Source of the DNA: the human T2T-CHM13v2.0 reference genome, Homo sapiens
NCBI RefSeq assembly: GCF_009914755.1
Contig: NC_060930.1
DNA: 64,000 nucleotides
Strand: one strand, 5' to 3'
Each line of letters opens with the position of its first letter. Within the stretch, counting starts at the first letter, position 1. Below the pieces are notes generated by a model that saw only the letters and a program-made list of their open reading frames with translations, had not been told where the DNA came from and did not search any database. Shown one piece after another: positions 40,985-54,645 of this stretch. A program made the position numbers and the translations under genes.

Positions 40985-42767
40985 CAGATATGGACATAAA
41001 AATAGACACATTAATCATGGAACAGGATAGAGAACCTAGAAACAAACCTGTGCATTTATGGTCGATTGATTCTCAACAAAGATGCCAAAAACATACAATA
41101 AAAAAGGACAGTTTGTCTGATAAGTGGTATTGGAAAACTAGATATCCACAAGCAGAAAAATGAAATTGGAGTCTTATCTAACACCATATGCAAATATCAA
41201 CACAAAACAAATTAAACACTTAAATGTAAGACATGAACTGTGAAACTACTAAAAGAAAACAAAGAGGATATACTTTACTACATTCATCTGAGCAAAGATT
41301 TCTTAGATAGGATCACAAAACCATAGTCAACAAAGAAAAATAAACAAATCAGATTGCATCAAACTAAACAGCTTCTGCACAGCAAAGGAAACAATAGAGC
41401 TAAGAGATAGTTCGTGGAGTGGGAGAAAATATTTGCAAACCATATAAGTGGCTAATACCCAAAACATATAAGGAACTCAATGCAATAGCAAGAAAACAAA
41501 TAATCCAATAAAAATTGGGCAAAGGACCTCAATAGACACTTATCAAAAGAAGACATACGTGGCTGCCAGATATATTAAAAAATGTTCATCATCACTATCA
41601 TCAAGAAAATGCAAATTAATACCACAATGAGATATCACCCCACACCTGTTAGAATGGCTATCATCAAAAAGACAAAAGATAAATGTTGGCGAGGGAGTGC
41701 CGACAAGGGAACCCTTATGCAATGTTGGTGGAAATGTCAATTAATACAGCCGTTATGGAAAACGGTATGGAGACTCCTCAGAAAACTAAAAATGTATCTA
41801 CCATATGATCCTTCAATCCCACTGGCAGTATATAGTCAAAGGAATTGAAATCCGTATTCCAAAGATACCTGCACTCTCATGTTCATTGAAGCATTATTCA
41901 TAATGAGTAAGATATGGAAGCACTCTGTGTCCATCAAGGAATGAATGGATCAGGAAAATGTGGTATATATGCACAATGAAATACTATTCAGCCTTAAAAA
42001 AAGGGAAAATCCCTGTGATCCCAGCACCTTGGGAGGCCGAGGAGGTGGATCATGAGGTCAGGAGATCAAGACCACCCTGGCTAACACGGTGAAACCCTGT
42101 CTCTACTAAAAATACAAAAAATTAGGCGGGCGTGGTGGTGGGCGCCTGGAGTCCCAGCTACTAGGGAGGCTGAGGGAGGAGAATGGCGTGAACCTGGGAA
42201 GGTGGAGCTTGCAGTGAGCAGAGATCGGGCCACTGCACTCCAGGCTGGGGGACAGAGCGAGACTCTGTCTCAAAAAAAAAAAAAAAAAAGCACGGAAAAT
42301 CCTCTCATTTTTAACAACATGGATAAACCTGGAGGACATTATGCTAAGTGAAATAAGCCAGGCACAGAAAGGCAAATACTGCATCATCTCACACGTATGA
42401 GGAATCTAAAAACGTTGAAATTGTAGAAGTAGAGAGTAGAATGATGTTACTAGAAGCTGGGGAAAGGGAGTGGTTGGAAAAAAGGGAGTTGTTGATCAGA
42501 GGGTACAAAGTTTCAGTTGGACAGGAGGAATAAGCTTTAGAGATCTATCACATAGAATTGTGACTATAATAATCATAGAGTTGTTAAAGGCATACATTTT
42601 GAATGTTTCAACACACACAAAAATGACAAGTATGTGAAGTGATGGATTTGTTAACTAGCCTGATTGTAAACATATATCAAAACATCACATTGTACCTCAT
42701 AAATATATACAGTTAGTATTTGTCCACAAAAATAAAATTCAAAAAAATAACCAAAAAAAAAAAAAAA
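40985..42767 (+). mobile_element. 5'-truncated L1MA-type LINE-1 (ORF2 3' part, 3'UTR, poly-A)
   Basis: ORF 41582-41848 (MQINTTMRYHPTPVRMAIIKK..CWRG..GTLMQCWWKCQLIQPLWKTVWR..LPYDPSIPL) matches the Cys-rich C-terminus of L1 ORF2p; L1MA 3'UTR GGGTACAAAGTTTCAGTT..GGAGGAATAAG; poly-A to 42767; possible TSD AA-ATACCA(T/G)GC. Confidence 0.92.
42012..42289 (+). mobile_element. AluY-like, slightly 5'-truncated, inserted in L1
   Basis: GAGATCAAGACCACCCTGGCTAACACGGTG, GAATGGCGTGAACC, GAGCTTGCAG; TSD GGAAAATCC at 42004-42012 and 42294-42302. Confidence 0.94.
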
Positions 42768-45409
42768 TACCAGGCTAGTCATTTGTTCATCTTACCATTA
42801 AACTGGTGGGTTTTTTTGAAAATAGGTATTTTCTGAGGAATCAAATCAAATAGAATTTGAAACATTAATGAAATAATTTAAAATAATTCTTTAGGAAAAA
42901 TTAAGTTTTTCAGAAAAGCGCATTGTTGCTTAATTTTGTGAAGTTGATTCACTGCCTTTGGTTTTGAGTTTTGTATTTTACAGAGCATAACAAGGAAGTC
43001 AGTATTCCCTTTGTGTGTTCTTAAAATCTTTTAGAAACTGAATGTTATTGTTTCATAAATGTATTTTGAATCTAGTCATTTCAAATGCTGTGAGGGATAG
43101 ATAATAAACCCCTGGTTTCTGACATTCTCTTCTATATAATTGAGTTGTTTGAGCAACTATTTCTCATGTTTGCTTTACACATTTGTGACTTCTTTATCGA
43201 TTTCATTTTTTTCAACATTTTGGTACACCAGACTTTATTACCTGAGAATAAGTTGAATTTTTCCCATATTTTCTAGAGTGAAATAAGAGTAAATTGCTGC
43301 AATATTCCCATTTCAATATGAGTATGTCCTTATGGTTTTTTCAGTATGTTTAAATATTTCCTTAAACATTTTAACCAGAGCTCTCTTTGGAGCATCCTTG
43401 ACATACTGATATGTAAGAATCATTTTTCTTTTCAAGTTATACATAACAGTTTAATGAACATATATATGTAAAATTAACATTTTTCTTCAAAAGCAAAATT
43501 AGTAAGAGTGCACATGAGCAGAAATGAGAAGGAAAGGAGAAAGATACAATAATTCCACTTTAAATTATTTTCCGATATTATTGGAACTTGTTAAAAATGT
43601 AAAGCTGGATAATTTGGCCTATTATGTGCCACAGTCTGTGAATTGCTATGAAAGCTGGCATTTAGTCCCTGATTACATACAGGGATAAAGGGCTATGCTA
43701 CCATGGTCCTACATAGACTACAAGGACTACCATGGGCCACAGAACATTGAAGGAAAAATAGGTGAAGAGAGGCAGTGACGAGATAAGTTCCCTACCTTGC
43801 ACCCTCTGAGTTCTCTTTGGACTTGTGGAAGAGAACAGCTCATACACATGCTGTGTGTAAATAACAAAAACATAAAACTGAAGCAAGGTCCTTGTAAGAA
43901 ACCGTTTTTGTGTGTCATCATTTTTCTGCTTTGCACAGGCCAACATTTATAATGAGTATATTTCTGGGTAAAGCAAGCATGAAGAAAGACTACAATACAA
44001 ATTCCATAAGAGGCTATAGAGTGTATGAAATTCATGACCAATACTGACTACACAAAAATCTTAATTTTGCACCCAGATAATTCTTAGCATTTTAACTAAA
44101 TACAGCTTAGCTCACACTAAGTGATTCTGCATGTCCTAGTTAAAATTAGGAACAACATGAAAACTAGTTAAGTGGGTTCCTACAAAACAGTGTAAAGAGA
44201 AAGTCCTCTCACTGACAAGCAATTAATATATAAGCACAAAACCCATATTTGTACTATCAAAATTACAAATGATATTCAACAATCATTTTTTGCTGGGTGA
44301 AGTTTCAATCACTAGCTAACTTCAAAATTTTAGTTTAAAGAAGGAGAAAGAGTTGTTTGGTCTAAAGAGGAGAGAGATTGTTTTATCAAAAGCCCAAGTC
44401 ATGCCTGTGAATAAAATGAGTAAATAAAATAAAATTTCTTGCTTCATTTGTGTGCTTTATGTAAGTTAATAATGAAAAACTGGCTATACCCAGAATCTAG
44501 CAGATCTTAATAATATAGTTATTAGTAATTAGCTGATAAATATTATATATTTATTCATACCTATTGTCTTAAGCACAAGTATCAGACTTCTTTTCAGATA
44601 AAAAAATGAATTCATTGTTTGGATTTTGAAACAGCAACATGGCATAGCCTATAAGATGTTGAAAATTATAAGCAGATTCCAACATAAGCCATCCCTGTAA
44701 CAAATGCAAAAACACTTACATACTTTATAAATTATTCTGTATTCTTAAGTTCAAAAAATTAATACAAATTTATATTGTAGAATCAACACACATTTTTATT
44801 GTAGAAATTAAATTTTTTTGAATAATGTATTTAAAGTAACATATTCTCAGAAGTTTATACTTTATAAAAAATAGCCACGACTGACTTGTTTTAAATTATT
44901 CCGGTGATTACTGTACTTAGAAATTTATCCAAATGTTTTTTCATATTACCATTTTCTGCTTAGGCATTGAATTACTGGTGCAATTATTTGAAAAAATATA
45001 CATATATATGTATATATATATGAAAAAATTATATGAAAAAATATACAACTGGACTCTTGAAAGAAGTAACCAAAGAATTTATACAGATAGCTGAAAGTAA
45101 AGGTGGCTTTCTGGAATCTTCAAATAATCTCAACACTCTCCTGTTTCCTCTGTAGGACTGGGGACACTCAGAAGTCCTCAGGTTAGTGGCTTGTGTTTGT
45201 AGTGGGCGTGTCTAGATTCACAAAGCCCTAGTTGTCAGTCTGGGATGTCAGTGTTTAGAACGCAGCAAGTTTATAGAAAGACAAGCAGGAGGTGGGGTGG
45301 TCAGGGCATGAGGGTATTCAGAAGTTACACCACTATCTCCAAACCCCTGGCTTTACGTAGTGAGAGGGATTGGTGATAGCACAACCCTATGGAAAATGTT
45401 TCTGGAAAC

Positions 45410-45635
45410 AGGACCCTCAACTTGAGCCCCAATCCTTTTATCTCACCCTATTCCTTACAGGTTCTGTAACTTTGGATAAGACTCTTAACCACTCTAAATC
45501 TTATTTTACTTACCGTTAAAACAGGAATAATAGTTGTTGCCTTTTAGGGTTGTTGTAAGAATAATATAAAGTTATAAATGTTTAGTTCAGTGTCAGTTGT
45601 AGAGTAAGGACTCAATAAATGGTAGCTATTACATT
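45410..45635 (+). mobile_element. MIR
   Basis: CTGTAACTTTGGATAAGACTCTTAACCACTCT...TTTAGGGTTGTTGTAAGAAT...GACTCAATAAATGGTAGCTATT. Confidence 0.8.
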
Positions 45636-46305
45636 ATAGCTATTTTATTTCCCTTTGTAGGCTATGTAAAGCATCTATTTACTTATTCAGAGGTATCTAT
45701 GTCCAAAGTTTGGCTTGACATGAATTTCTGTGATTATCAGATAGCAGCATATTCATTATGGAGGGATTAGCCAATAAATAACACCCAGTTGACATTTGGG
45801 AAAATGTTCTGAAAATCACAGAAGGCTGAAATTTATGGGAACATACTGAACACCACATTAACCATTATATATAAAAACATGTCATTAGGCTTTAAGGAAG
45901 AAGGAATGCTGCTGGTGTTGGATTTGAAGTGCCATTTTGATGCCATAAAAACTAGGAACCTCCCTACAGGTGTATGATCAATTGAGTGGTGTAAGATGGG
46001 GCTCGAGGAAGACTTTCCTGATGGTTGTTTGATGGTCAGCAGAATCTAGGAGGGTAAGAAATAAGAATCTCCAATTGAGAAGTTTACACAAGTAATAGAG
46101 TCTTATTTTCTGACATTATGGACCTAATTTTCCTTTAGACTGGCCAGTGTAGGTCCTTAGAGATATTGACTTACAGAGATAATGGCCCTCTTCTAGATGC
46201 CATGTATTAACAATGTGAATCCTTTGGGATTCTTCTGCATACCATGTATGGTCTCAGAGAAAGTCATGAACTATCAACAATTTTATAATTTTCTTGTGTA
46301 TTTCT

Positions 46306-46487
46306 TTCCTTTTCTATTATACTTTAAGTTCTGGGCTACAAGTGCAGAACATGCAGGTTTGTTACATAGGTATACACGTGCCATGGTGGTTTGCTGCACC
46401 CATCAACCCATCATCTACATTAGGTATTCCTCCTAATGCTATCCCTCCCCTAGCCCCCCACCCCATGGCAGGCCCCAGTGTGTGATG
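46306..46487 (-). mobile_element. Severely 5'-truncated L1PA (L1PA7/8-like) 3' end
   Basis: TATTATACTTTAAGTTCTGGG..CATGCAGGTTTGTTACATAGGTATACACGTGCCATGGTGGTTTGCTGCACCCATCAACCC; 15-bp TSD TTCTTGTGTATTTCT at 46291-46305 and 46488-46502. Confidence 0.93.
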
Positions 46488-47524
46488 TTCTTGTGTATTT
46501 CTAAAGCACTAAACTTTTTTTTCTTGAGAAACCTGTTAGCTAGAATTTGTAAATTTTGCCAATGAAAGAACCAGGGAACCAAAGTATCCACACAGATTTA
46601 CAAAGCAAATCTTTGCAAAGCTAAGCCTCACAACTTTTGAGCCACTGCTTTAATTCCCACTCTCATCACTTTGGTCATACAGACCCTTTTGAACAAAATG
46701 GAGCATACTCATATTTATAACCCATCACACCAACTTCTTGGAAATCCAAGTATAATTTGATGTACCTATGTGTTTCCCAGAATTGCTTAGTGAGGCAGTT
46801 TCTGGCTATGACCAAAATTGAAAACATATAAGTATTCAAACAGGACCAAATGCTATTTCCACCCAACTTAGAGCAGCAAATGTTGGAAAGAATAGAAGAC
46901 TCCTTTTGGATGTTTTCCCACTGGCTTCCAAAGACAGTGGATAAGCAATGTATGAATACCCAAACATTTGGGTTTTTATCTTCATTAAATCCTTATACAA
47001 ACTTTTAAATCCTGTCCACCACTCATTTATCTACACAATGTATTTGGAAACAATAAAGGAAAATCAATGAGGCATTTAGTTGGCAGGAGCATAGAACCTG
47101 AATTCAATGGTTGGCTTTGAAAAGCATGACTATAGCTGTGTTGCTGAGACATTCCACTGGGAAAGGAAACCTGATGATATTCCAGGAGAGTGTGTTGCAT
47201 TTGGTGTCAGTGGAAATGGAAGGACTAAAGTTTGTGAGTGAATCTCCAGCAACACACCATTTCTCATCTTGAACTTAATCATCTGAGCTGATAAAATGGA
47301 TGCCACACAAGCAATATAGGATGCTACGATATGAGATTTACTTTGGGTACTCCATAATACATAGGGACCTGCCAACAGTATTTGGGGTAATTAGGAAGCC
47401 CAGTCTCTCTAATAACAGCATAGACATGTAAATAAAGTGACAGTGTAAAGCCTGTGGCAGTAATTTATTCAATTCACAAGTATGGTGAGAGAGACAGAGA
47501 GAAAGAGAGAGCTCTTGGTGTTGG

Positions 47525-48785
47525 ATGCTAACATAAGAGAACCCAGAAATAGACCCACAAGAAATACACCTGATATTTTTCACACAGGTTCATAAGAAAT
47601 TCAATGGAGGAAAGACTACTTTTTCAACCAATAGTGCTAAAGCAGGTGGAGTTCAGAAGAAAGAAAAAAAAATACCTCAAATTAAACTCATACCTTATAA
47701 AAAATTAATTCAAAATGGATCATAGGCTTAAATTAAAAACGTAAAACTGTAATTTTTTTTTAAGACAGGGTCTGGCTCTGTCCCTCAGGTTGCAGTGCAG
47801 TGGCGCGATCTCGGCTTACTGTGACCTCCACCTCCCGGGCTCAAGCAGTCCTCTTGGCTCGGCCTCCTGAGTAGCTGGGACTACAGGTGCCTGCCACCAT
47901 GCCCAACTATTTTTTTTTTTTGTATTTTTTTGTAGAGGTGGAATTTTGCTATGTTGCCCAGGCTGGTCTGGAAATTCTGAGCTCAAGCGATCTTCCCACC
48001 TTGGCTTCTCAAAGTGTGTAAAACTTTTAGAGAAAAACAGAAGAAAATCTTTGAGACCTAGAGCTAAGCAATCAGTTTTCAGACTTGACACCGAAAGTGT
48101 GATTCATAAGAGAAAATTTCATTAAATTAGAGATCATCGAATTAAAAAAAAAAACTAAATAACTTTTGGATAGTGAAAGACCTTTTGAAGAGGATGTAGT
48201 AAAAGAATGGGTGGAAATATTTGGAAACCACATATACTACAAATGACTGCATATCTAGAATATATAAAGAACTCTCAAATCTAAATAGTAATGAACAAAA
48301 AATGTAATTAGAAAACATTTAAAAGGCATGAATAGATTATTTCACCTGAGAGGATGTATAATCTGCAACCAAGCACATGAGAAGATATTCAACATCATTA
48401 GCCATTAGAAAAATGCAATCTAAAACCACAGTGAAATATAACCATGAGATATCAACATGACGAAAATTAAGAAAAATAGTGAAAATAGTAAATGCTGGTG
48501 AGGATGCAGAGAATCTCTCATGCATGGCTAATAGAAATGTCAAATGGTATAGTCACTCTAAAAAGAATATGAAAGTTTCTTACAAAACTACATATGTAAC
48601 TACCATGTGACCAAGCAGTTGCATGCCTGGGCGTTTCTCCCAGATAAATGAAAACTTATGTTCCACAAAAAACCTTTATGCAAATGTTTGAAGTGGCTTT
48701 ATTCAAAATAACTCCAAACTGGAAACAACACAATTGTCCTGCCGTGGGTGAATGGTTAAACAAACTGTGGTACTGTACCATGGAA
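47525..48785 (+). mobile_element. L1MC-like LINE-1 fragment interrupted by AluJ
   Basis: ATAAGAGAACCCAGAAATAGACCCAC...AAAATTAATTCAAAATGGATCATAGGC...CAACATCATTAGCCATTAG...GAATGGTTAAACAAACTGTGGTAC. Confidence 0.85.
47753..48016 (-). mobile_element. AluJ, 5'-truncated
   Basis: GACAGGGTCTGGCTCTG...GGGCTCAAGCAGTCCTC...GCTATGTTGCCCAGGCTGG...CTCAAAGTG. Confidence 0.9.
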
Positions 48786-48849
48786 AGGTATCACCTTGCA
48801 GTCATGTGATAGGTGGTAGTCCAGCCTACATTGAAAGAGATAGATGAAA

Positions 48850-49480
48850 TCAGCACCATTCTTTTGGAAATCAATCTGGTTACATCATGTAAGTTCACAA
48901 TACACACACCACATAACTGTACTATCCTACTGGTGGGTGTTCTTTCTGTTCAAACTGTAACACATGTTCATAGAAAGTCATACAATAATGCTTATTGCAG
49001 TGTTGTGTGTGATAGCAAACAAAAACCAAAACAGATTTTAAAAAGGAAATGAATGAACTAGATCTACGAGTGTTATCATGTAAAAATTTCAAGAACACAA
49101 AATTGAATAAGAAAAGTCAATTGCCAAAAGAGATATACAATAAGATGCCAAACGCATATAATGATCAACACTCAGAATCATGTGGCTAGATAAATAGATG
49201 ATAGATTGACTGAATAAAAGATAAGAGTCTGAGCACAGAAAAATGGATAGGAATGATACACAGCAACTTCAAAATAGTAGTTTGTCTAGGGAACAAGAGA
49301 TTAGAAAAATAGGGAGTAAGGCTGTAGCTAATTCTATAATGTTTTATGTCTTTTAAGAAAGATCTAAAGCAAATAATTCAAACCATGTTAACATCTGCTT
49401 AATCTCAGTGGTAGGTACATAGATATCTGTTACTTTGTTTTTATGTATTGAAAATATTTAACAATTTTAAAAGAAAGAAA
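48850..49480 (+). mobile_element. L1ME-like fragment
   Basis: CACCATTCTTTTGGAAATCAATCTGG...AAATGAATGAACTAGATCTAC...GTTAACATCTGCTTAATCTCAGTGGTAGGTACATAG. Confidence 0.6.
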
Positions 49481-50629
49481 AAGGAGGCAAGCAGGAAAGA
49501 AAGAGGCAATTTGCTGGAAGAAATTTTATAAGTAATAAACCTGTACCTTCCCCATGGCAGTTTTATTTTATCCTTCTATCTCCTAAAGCAGTAATCTGGA
49601 GAATAAAATGTTTCCCTGTGAGATTTCAATGAAGGAGGGGGAAGGCGACACGTCTTCAAAGTGACAGGTTGGGGTGGGGTAGGGGGAGGTGACATCTCTC
49701 AAGCCTCCTTCGTTGTGGCTGCACCCCTAGGTCAGGACAGCTGGGATATTGCTGGCATTTTTAGCAGAAGTCACCTTGGCAGGCTCGTAAGAGCAGTTCC
49801 CTCTGGTTGGCAAACATATTCAAGAGTGCTCACACTTGCCTGTTCAGGTCTTTTCCTTATGGGCTTGTGAAGGTCAGCAGGATGGGCGAGTACTCATCTC
49901 CTCCCAACCTTGACAGCTTGTAGAAACATGCCAAGTGTGGTCGTCAACATGTTCGTTAAACCACCACAAAGTCCTGACACAAATGATAGCTTTTTCTTCT
50001 CCTTGGTGATTATTCATCAAAATATTGTATATAAAATAATTAAGTTCTCACATAATTTCCAGACTATTTTGTGAACTTGGGCCCTGGTTGCCTTTTTTTT
50101 TTCTTTTTTGCCTTCCAAACTGTTCTTACTGTTCTTGTTTCCATTGCCCACTTCTATTCCCAAACAGCAAACAGAGACTTTAGCTGGGTCGTAGAACATT
50201 TCCTTTTGGAATACATGAGATAACATTTCTAAATCTGCCACTAGGTCTCTCAGCTAAGGCAGATCCTCAAATTAATAAACGCTTAGTTGTTCCATCTATA
50301 GAATTCATTATAAAATAGATATATAAAACAGACTATAAATGCAATTGTTTTCGATGAAGATTAAACAAAGTAAGTTAATACCAAATACAGAAATTATGTA
50401 CATATCTATATATTTGTCATTAGTTATGAGAGTAATTACAATCCTATCTCTCAGAAACATCATGACCTTAAATAAAAACAACACTGCAAACAAAGCAGTC
50501 AGAATGTCTACTGGAGTAAGAGAAATTTTGATTTAAAAAAGCAATTTTACACTGACAAAAACAACACGAACATTCTAGAAAGTATTTTGAAATGCACTTG
50601 AGAAGCTTGAATCCAAAGAAAATCAGTAA

Positions 50630-50810
50630 AATCATGGTTGAAACATAATCTCTGGAACCAGACCCACTGGGCTGGGATGTTCATTCAATATTTATTTGTT
50701 ACACAATCTTGAGCAATTTACTTCACTATCTTGTGCCTCAGTTTCCTCATAGGGTTGTTGAGAGGCTTAAATACATGAAGTCCTTAGAATAGCACCTGGC
50801 ACATACACAA
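50630..50810 (+). mobile_element. MIR
   Basis: CTCTGGAACCAGAC...CTTGTGCCTCAGTTTCCTCATAGGGTTGTTGAGAGG...TTAGAATAGCACCTGGCACATA. Confidence 0.8.
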
Positions 50811-51206
50811 TGTATTGGTCTTTTTGATATGTCAACTTGACTAAGCTGCAATCTCTAGTTGTTCAATCAAACACTAATCTAGGTGTTGCTGTGAAGGGCC
50901 TTTGTAGATGTGATTAAAGTCCATAATAAGTTGATTTTTAAGTAAGGGAGATAGTCCTAGATAACCTGGTGAGTTTGATTTGATCAGTTGAAAGGCTTTA
51001 AAAGCAGAACTGAAGATTATCTGAAACAGAAGAAATTCTACCTGTGGATAGCAACTTCTGCTCATGGCTGAGTTCCAGCCTGCCTTCCCTGATGGCCTGC
51101 CCTGTGGATTTTTGAACTTGCCATCATCACATAAGCCAGTATTTTGCAACAAATCTCTCACTCTATATGTCTTCTTTGCTTCTCTGGTTGAATGCTGACT
51201 GACACA
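50811..51206 (+). mobile_element. MLT2D-like ERVL solo LTR
   Basis: TGTATTGGTC..TATGTCAACTTGACTAAGCT...CAATCAAACACTAATCTAGGTGTTGCTGTGAAGG...GAAGAAATTCTACCTGTGGA...TGACTGACACA. Confidence 0.82.
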
Positions 51207-51628
51207 CCCATATAGCACTGTAAAATACAGCACAAAAAAAAATACGATTATTTTAGGTGAGCACTTTACCTGAGTTAACAGAAGAGCAGATAAGGCCTAA
51301 AGTCTGCTCAGGAATAGGAAGGCACACACAAAAATATCTGAAGGGAAGCTAGTTCCTAGTAACTGAGAGAGCCAATGAGCAGGTTCTTAAATTCTTATCC
51401 CACCATGAGACCAAGGGTTGGGCATCTTTCTCCCTCAGTCAGTCCTGGCCTCACCCCGAACCATCCTTCCCATATGAGAAGAAACTCTGGGGGCAATGAA
51501 TCATTCCTCACAAGACCTCAAGAGTTATCTTTGTGATTTTAAAAATTGTAGTATAGTTTTCAACAAACTACAAAATGCTTATTTTTTTTTTCTATTTAAC
51601 TACCTGATTTAATTGTAAAGGCCTTGAA

Positions 51629-51917
51629 TTTTTTTTTAGATGGAGTCTTGCTCTCTTGTCCAGGCTGGAGTGCAGTGGTATGATCTTGGCTCACTACAAC
51701 CTCCACCTCCAGGTTCAAGCAATTCTCCTGCCTCAGCCTCCCAAGTAGCTGAGACTACAGGCACCCCCCACCAGGCTGGCTAATTTTTGTATTTTTAGTA
51801 CACACAGGGTTTCTCCATGCTGGCCAGGCTGGTCTCGACCTCCTGACCTCAGGTGATCCTCCTGCCTCGGCCTCCGGAAGTGTTAGGATTACAGGTGTAA
51901 GCCAACCATGCCCAGCC
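51629..51917 (-). mobile_element. Alu (AluSx-like)
   Basis: Poly-T, GATGGAGTCTTGCTCTC...CTGACCTCAGGTGATCC...CCATGCCCAGCC. Confidence 0.94.
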
Positions 51918-52949
51918 TTTTGAAATTCTTGAGAAAAAATTCCATCTTATCTCCTCATACAGAGTGGATTTCTTTTTTTTTTTATGATTGGGGCATGGTC
52001 ATAAAACCTGGTTGGTGTGGGGCTCTGTCTGCCAGGGTATGCTTGACTACTTAGAATTTGAAAAGTGGGTAATTCTTGAATCCACCAGGATGGTTGAAAA
52101 ATGCACTCTACCATTACAGAAAAGAGGATTCTTCTAATATGGGGTCATTTTCCAAGTTGGTCACAAATGTGACAGTGTGGAACTATGGTTTGACAGCTGG
52201 CTTAATTTTGCTCAGCACTCTGTGTGTACGTATGTGTGTGTGTGGTAAGCATATTCTGTTCTGTTGAGAATCATTTCCTTTCTTTCCACTTGGTTTTCTT
52301 TGACCTGCTCAGAACATCTTTACATTAATGTATTCTTCCCATTAATAGCAGTTGCTGACAATTGACTCAATGCAATTCCTCCATAGAGGGCAAGTGGCGG
52401 AAGAAGGTGAACTCTTGAGATTTCACCAAGGCCCACACTTAGATTTGTGCAAATGGATTAATGAAATACCTTCTCCTTTGTGCCTATATTTTACTCACGT
52501 TGTTAAGCTCTATTTTGAATGAAAGAGATTGAACTACAATGACGTATTAAAGATAGCAACATTCAGCGCTATAGGTTACACCTAGAAATAAGGTAAATCT
52601 GTACTTGTAAATATTATCATTTGCATCAATCTTAGGCCAAATGATAAAATCTGCCTACTCTTGCTGGAATCAATCCTTGGAGGTTCTCCACCCTTCCAAT
52701 CTTACAAACTTTCTCAACTATAAACACTTTACTCCAGGAAATGATCTGAAATAATCAGTTCCAAGGCATTTATGAAATAGTGTCAATTAATCACTGTTAA
52801 GAGTTGGGGAGAAGCAATTTTTAAGTCTTCCCTTTGATTGTATGAAGAGTTTCACAACATTAGTTTAAGTGTGTAGTATAAAGAGGACGTCGGAAGAGAA
52901 GCCCTTTATTTTTCAGGCAGGGAAGATTATTCCCAGCCCCTTGGGTGCA

Positions 52950-53180
52950 GCAGCTATATTGACACAGAGAAGCACAAAGCAAAGATGAATAGCCTGGATT
53001 CAAGTCATGTATTGACAATAAGTGTATGCCTCTGGGTAAGTCATTTCACTCCCTGAGCTTCAGGTTCAGGTTCATGATCTGTAAAATAGTTGTCATGTAC
53101 CTACTTTAGAGGGTTATGTTGAAATTTTTAAATAATTGCTTACTTTACAATTCTTTGTAAGTTGTAAGCTCTCTGTAAAC
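52950..53180 (+). mobile_element. MIR
   Basis: GCCTGGATTCAAGTC...CTGGGTAAGTCATTTCACTCCCTGAGCTTCAG...TCTGTAAAAT...ACCTACTTTAGAGGGTT. Confidence 0.7.
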
Positions 53181-53289
53181 ACAAAGACCTATTTTTCTAT
53201 CTGTAAACACATTGACATCTCCTCCCAGGATGCCTCTGCTTCCAGCCAAGAGCTCACTATCCAAAAGGCTAGAAATCAGAAAAGCTGTG

Positions 53290-53545
53290 GCTTAACAAGT
53301 CCTTAGTAAGTGCCAGGTACTGTTCTGAACACTTCAGTTGAATAACTCATTTAATCAGCACAACAACCCTACCAGGTAGGTAATATCAGTATCATCATCA
53401 TCTGCATTTTTCAGAGAAGGAAACGGAAGCATGGAAAGATTGAGTAATATACCTACGCTTACATAGCTTGGAAGTTACGGCACTGGAATTTGAATCCAGG
53501 TGTGCTGGTTTGAAAGCAGAGCTGTAACAACTCCACTCTACCGTG
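53290..53545 (-). mobile_element. MIR
   Basis: GTGCCAGGTACTGTTCTGAACACTT...AACTCATTTAATCAGCACAACAACCCT...GGAATTTGAATCCAGG. Confidence 0.82.
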
Positions 53546-54399
53546 ATAAGTATAAATCAAATAATCCTATGATTTAATAATATTCAATTCTGCTGTAGCA
53601 AATAAGAAAAGTAAGAAGGATAGATAAAACTGGATAAAGGTGAAAGTAACTTGGGAGATAGGCTGGGCATAAAGTGAACAGATCCTATGTGTTCAGAAGA
53701 TGGATAGGATGGAATGGAAGGGCCAAGTGGGCAATGAATATTCCTGAGGCTTTACCTGAGCCATTCATGGGTGACACCCATTCTGGCCCATATATCCTGT
53801 GTCTGGAAATACAGATAAAACTGTAGCTGCTCATCAGGCTAACTGGCAAGCTACAGGTATTGGCCAGATAGACTTATCCTGTGTGCTTCAGAGCGTGCAA
53901 CTGTGTGTTGACTCCAGGTGTCTTCCATCTGCTGAGACCCCTGGCTCAAATTTCTGCTCTGACCCTTACAACTCCATCACCCACAGGGAATTCTGATATG
54001 GTACAGAGATGGGACATGTGAACATTGTGTACCCCAGGATTCAGGTAATGTTGTCCTCCCACCCCACTAGGATGTTACCCCTAGATTATTAACACCCTAT
54101 TTATTCTCCTTACTCTTACTGTATTTTTTAAATTAATTTAATAACCAGTGTGATAATTTGCTCTGTGAGCCTGTCTGTTCTGTGACCTCTGGGATAGCTT
54201 AAATATTGGTATACTTGGCAGTTACTTGGAATTTCATTTTCCACAGGATGCCCTAAATTTCACTATAGTCAGTAATTTCAAGTTCTCCTACTACCAAGCT
54301 ACTAATAAGTAATAAAAAAAATTAATTTTTATAACCTCCATTCCTTTAGCCACTTGGTGACACTGAAAATGAAGCTAGTAATGATTATGATGACCATGA

Positions 54400-54645
54400 A
54401 GGTGATGTGATGGTTTTTCATGTTTTTTGCATATATGATACCCAAGAACATTGCTGGGTTGTTTGCATGCACCATTTCATTTTATCCTTGCAACAATCTC
54501 CTTAGCTGCTTATCATTAGTATCCTGATTTCGAATATGGGGAACATCAAAATAGTTGAGTAGTTGGCCCAATGCCATACATGCATTTCATGGCTGAACAG
54601 GAAGTCAAACCAGGTCTGACTCCAGAGTTGCCCATTTAGTCATTG
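54400..54645 (-). mobile_element. MIR
   Basis: CATTTCATTTTATCCTTGCAACAATC...GTTGGCCCAATGCCATACA...CAAACCAGGTCTGACTCCAGAG. Confidence 0.7.

Noticed and set aside
40724-41011. Overlapping minus-strand ORFs next to the L1 5' junction
   Set aside because: No recognisable protein, no convincing splice-site pair, and partly within L1.
41582-41848. ORF with clear protein similarity
   Set aside because: Fragment of decayed L1 ORF2 C-terminus bounded by stops and frameshifts; not a functional CDS.
44990-45050. AT-rich palindromic stretch (also RY tracts at about 18400, 26040 and 39420)
   Set aside because: Self-complementarity is a trivial consequence of (TA)/(CA) low complexity.
52950-53545. Tail-to-tail MIR pair as a possible hairpin or miRNA source
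   Set aside because: The copies are too diverged to give a visible continuous stem.
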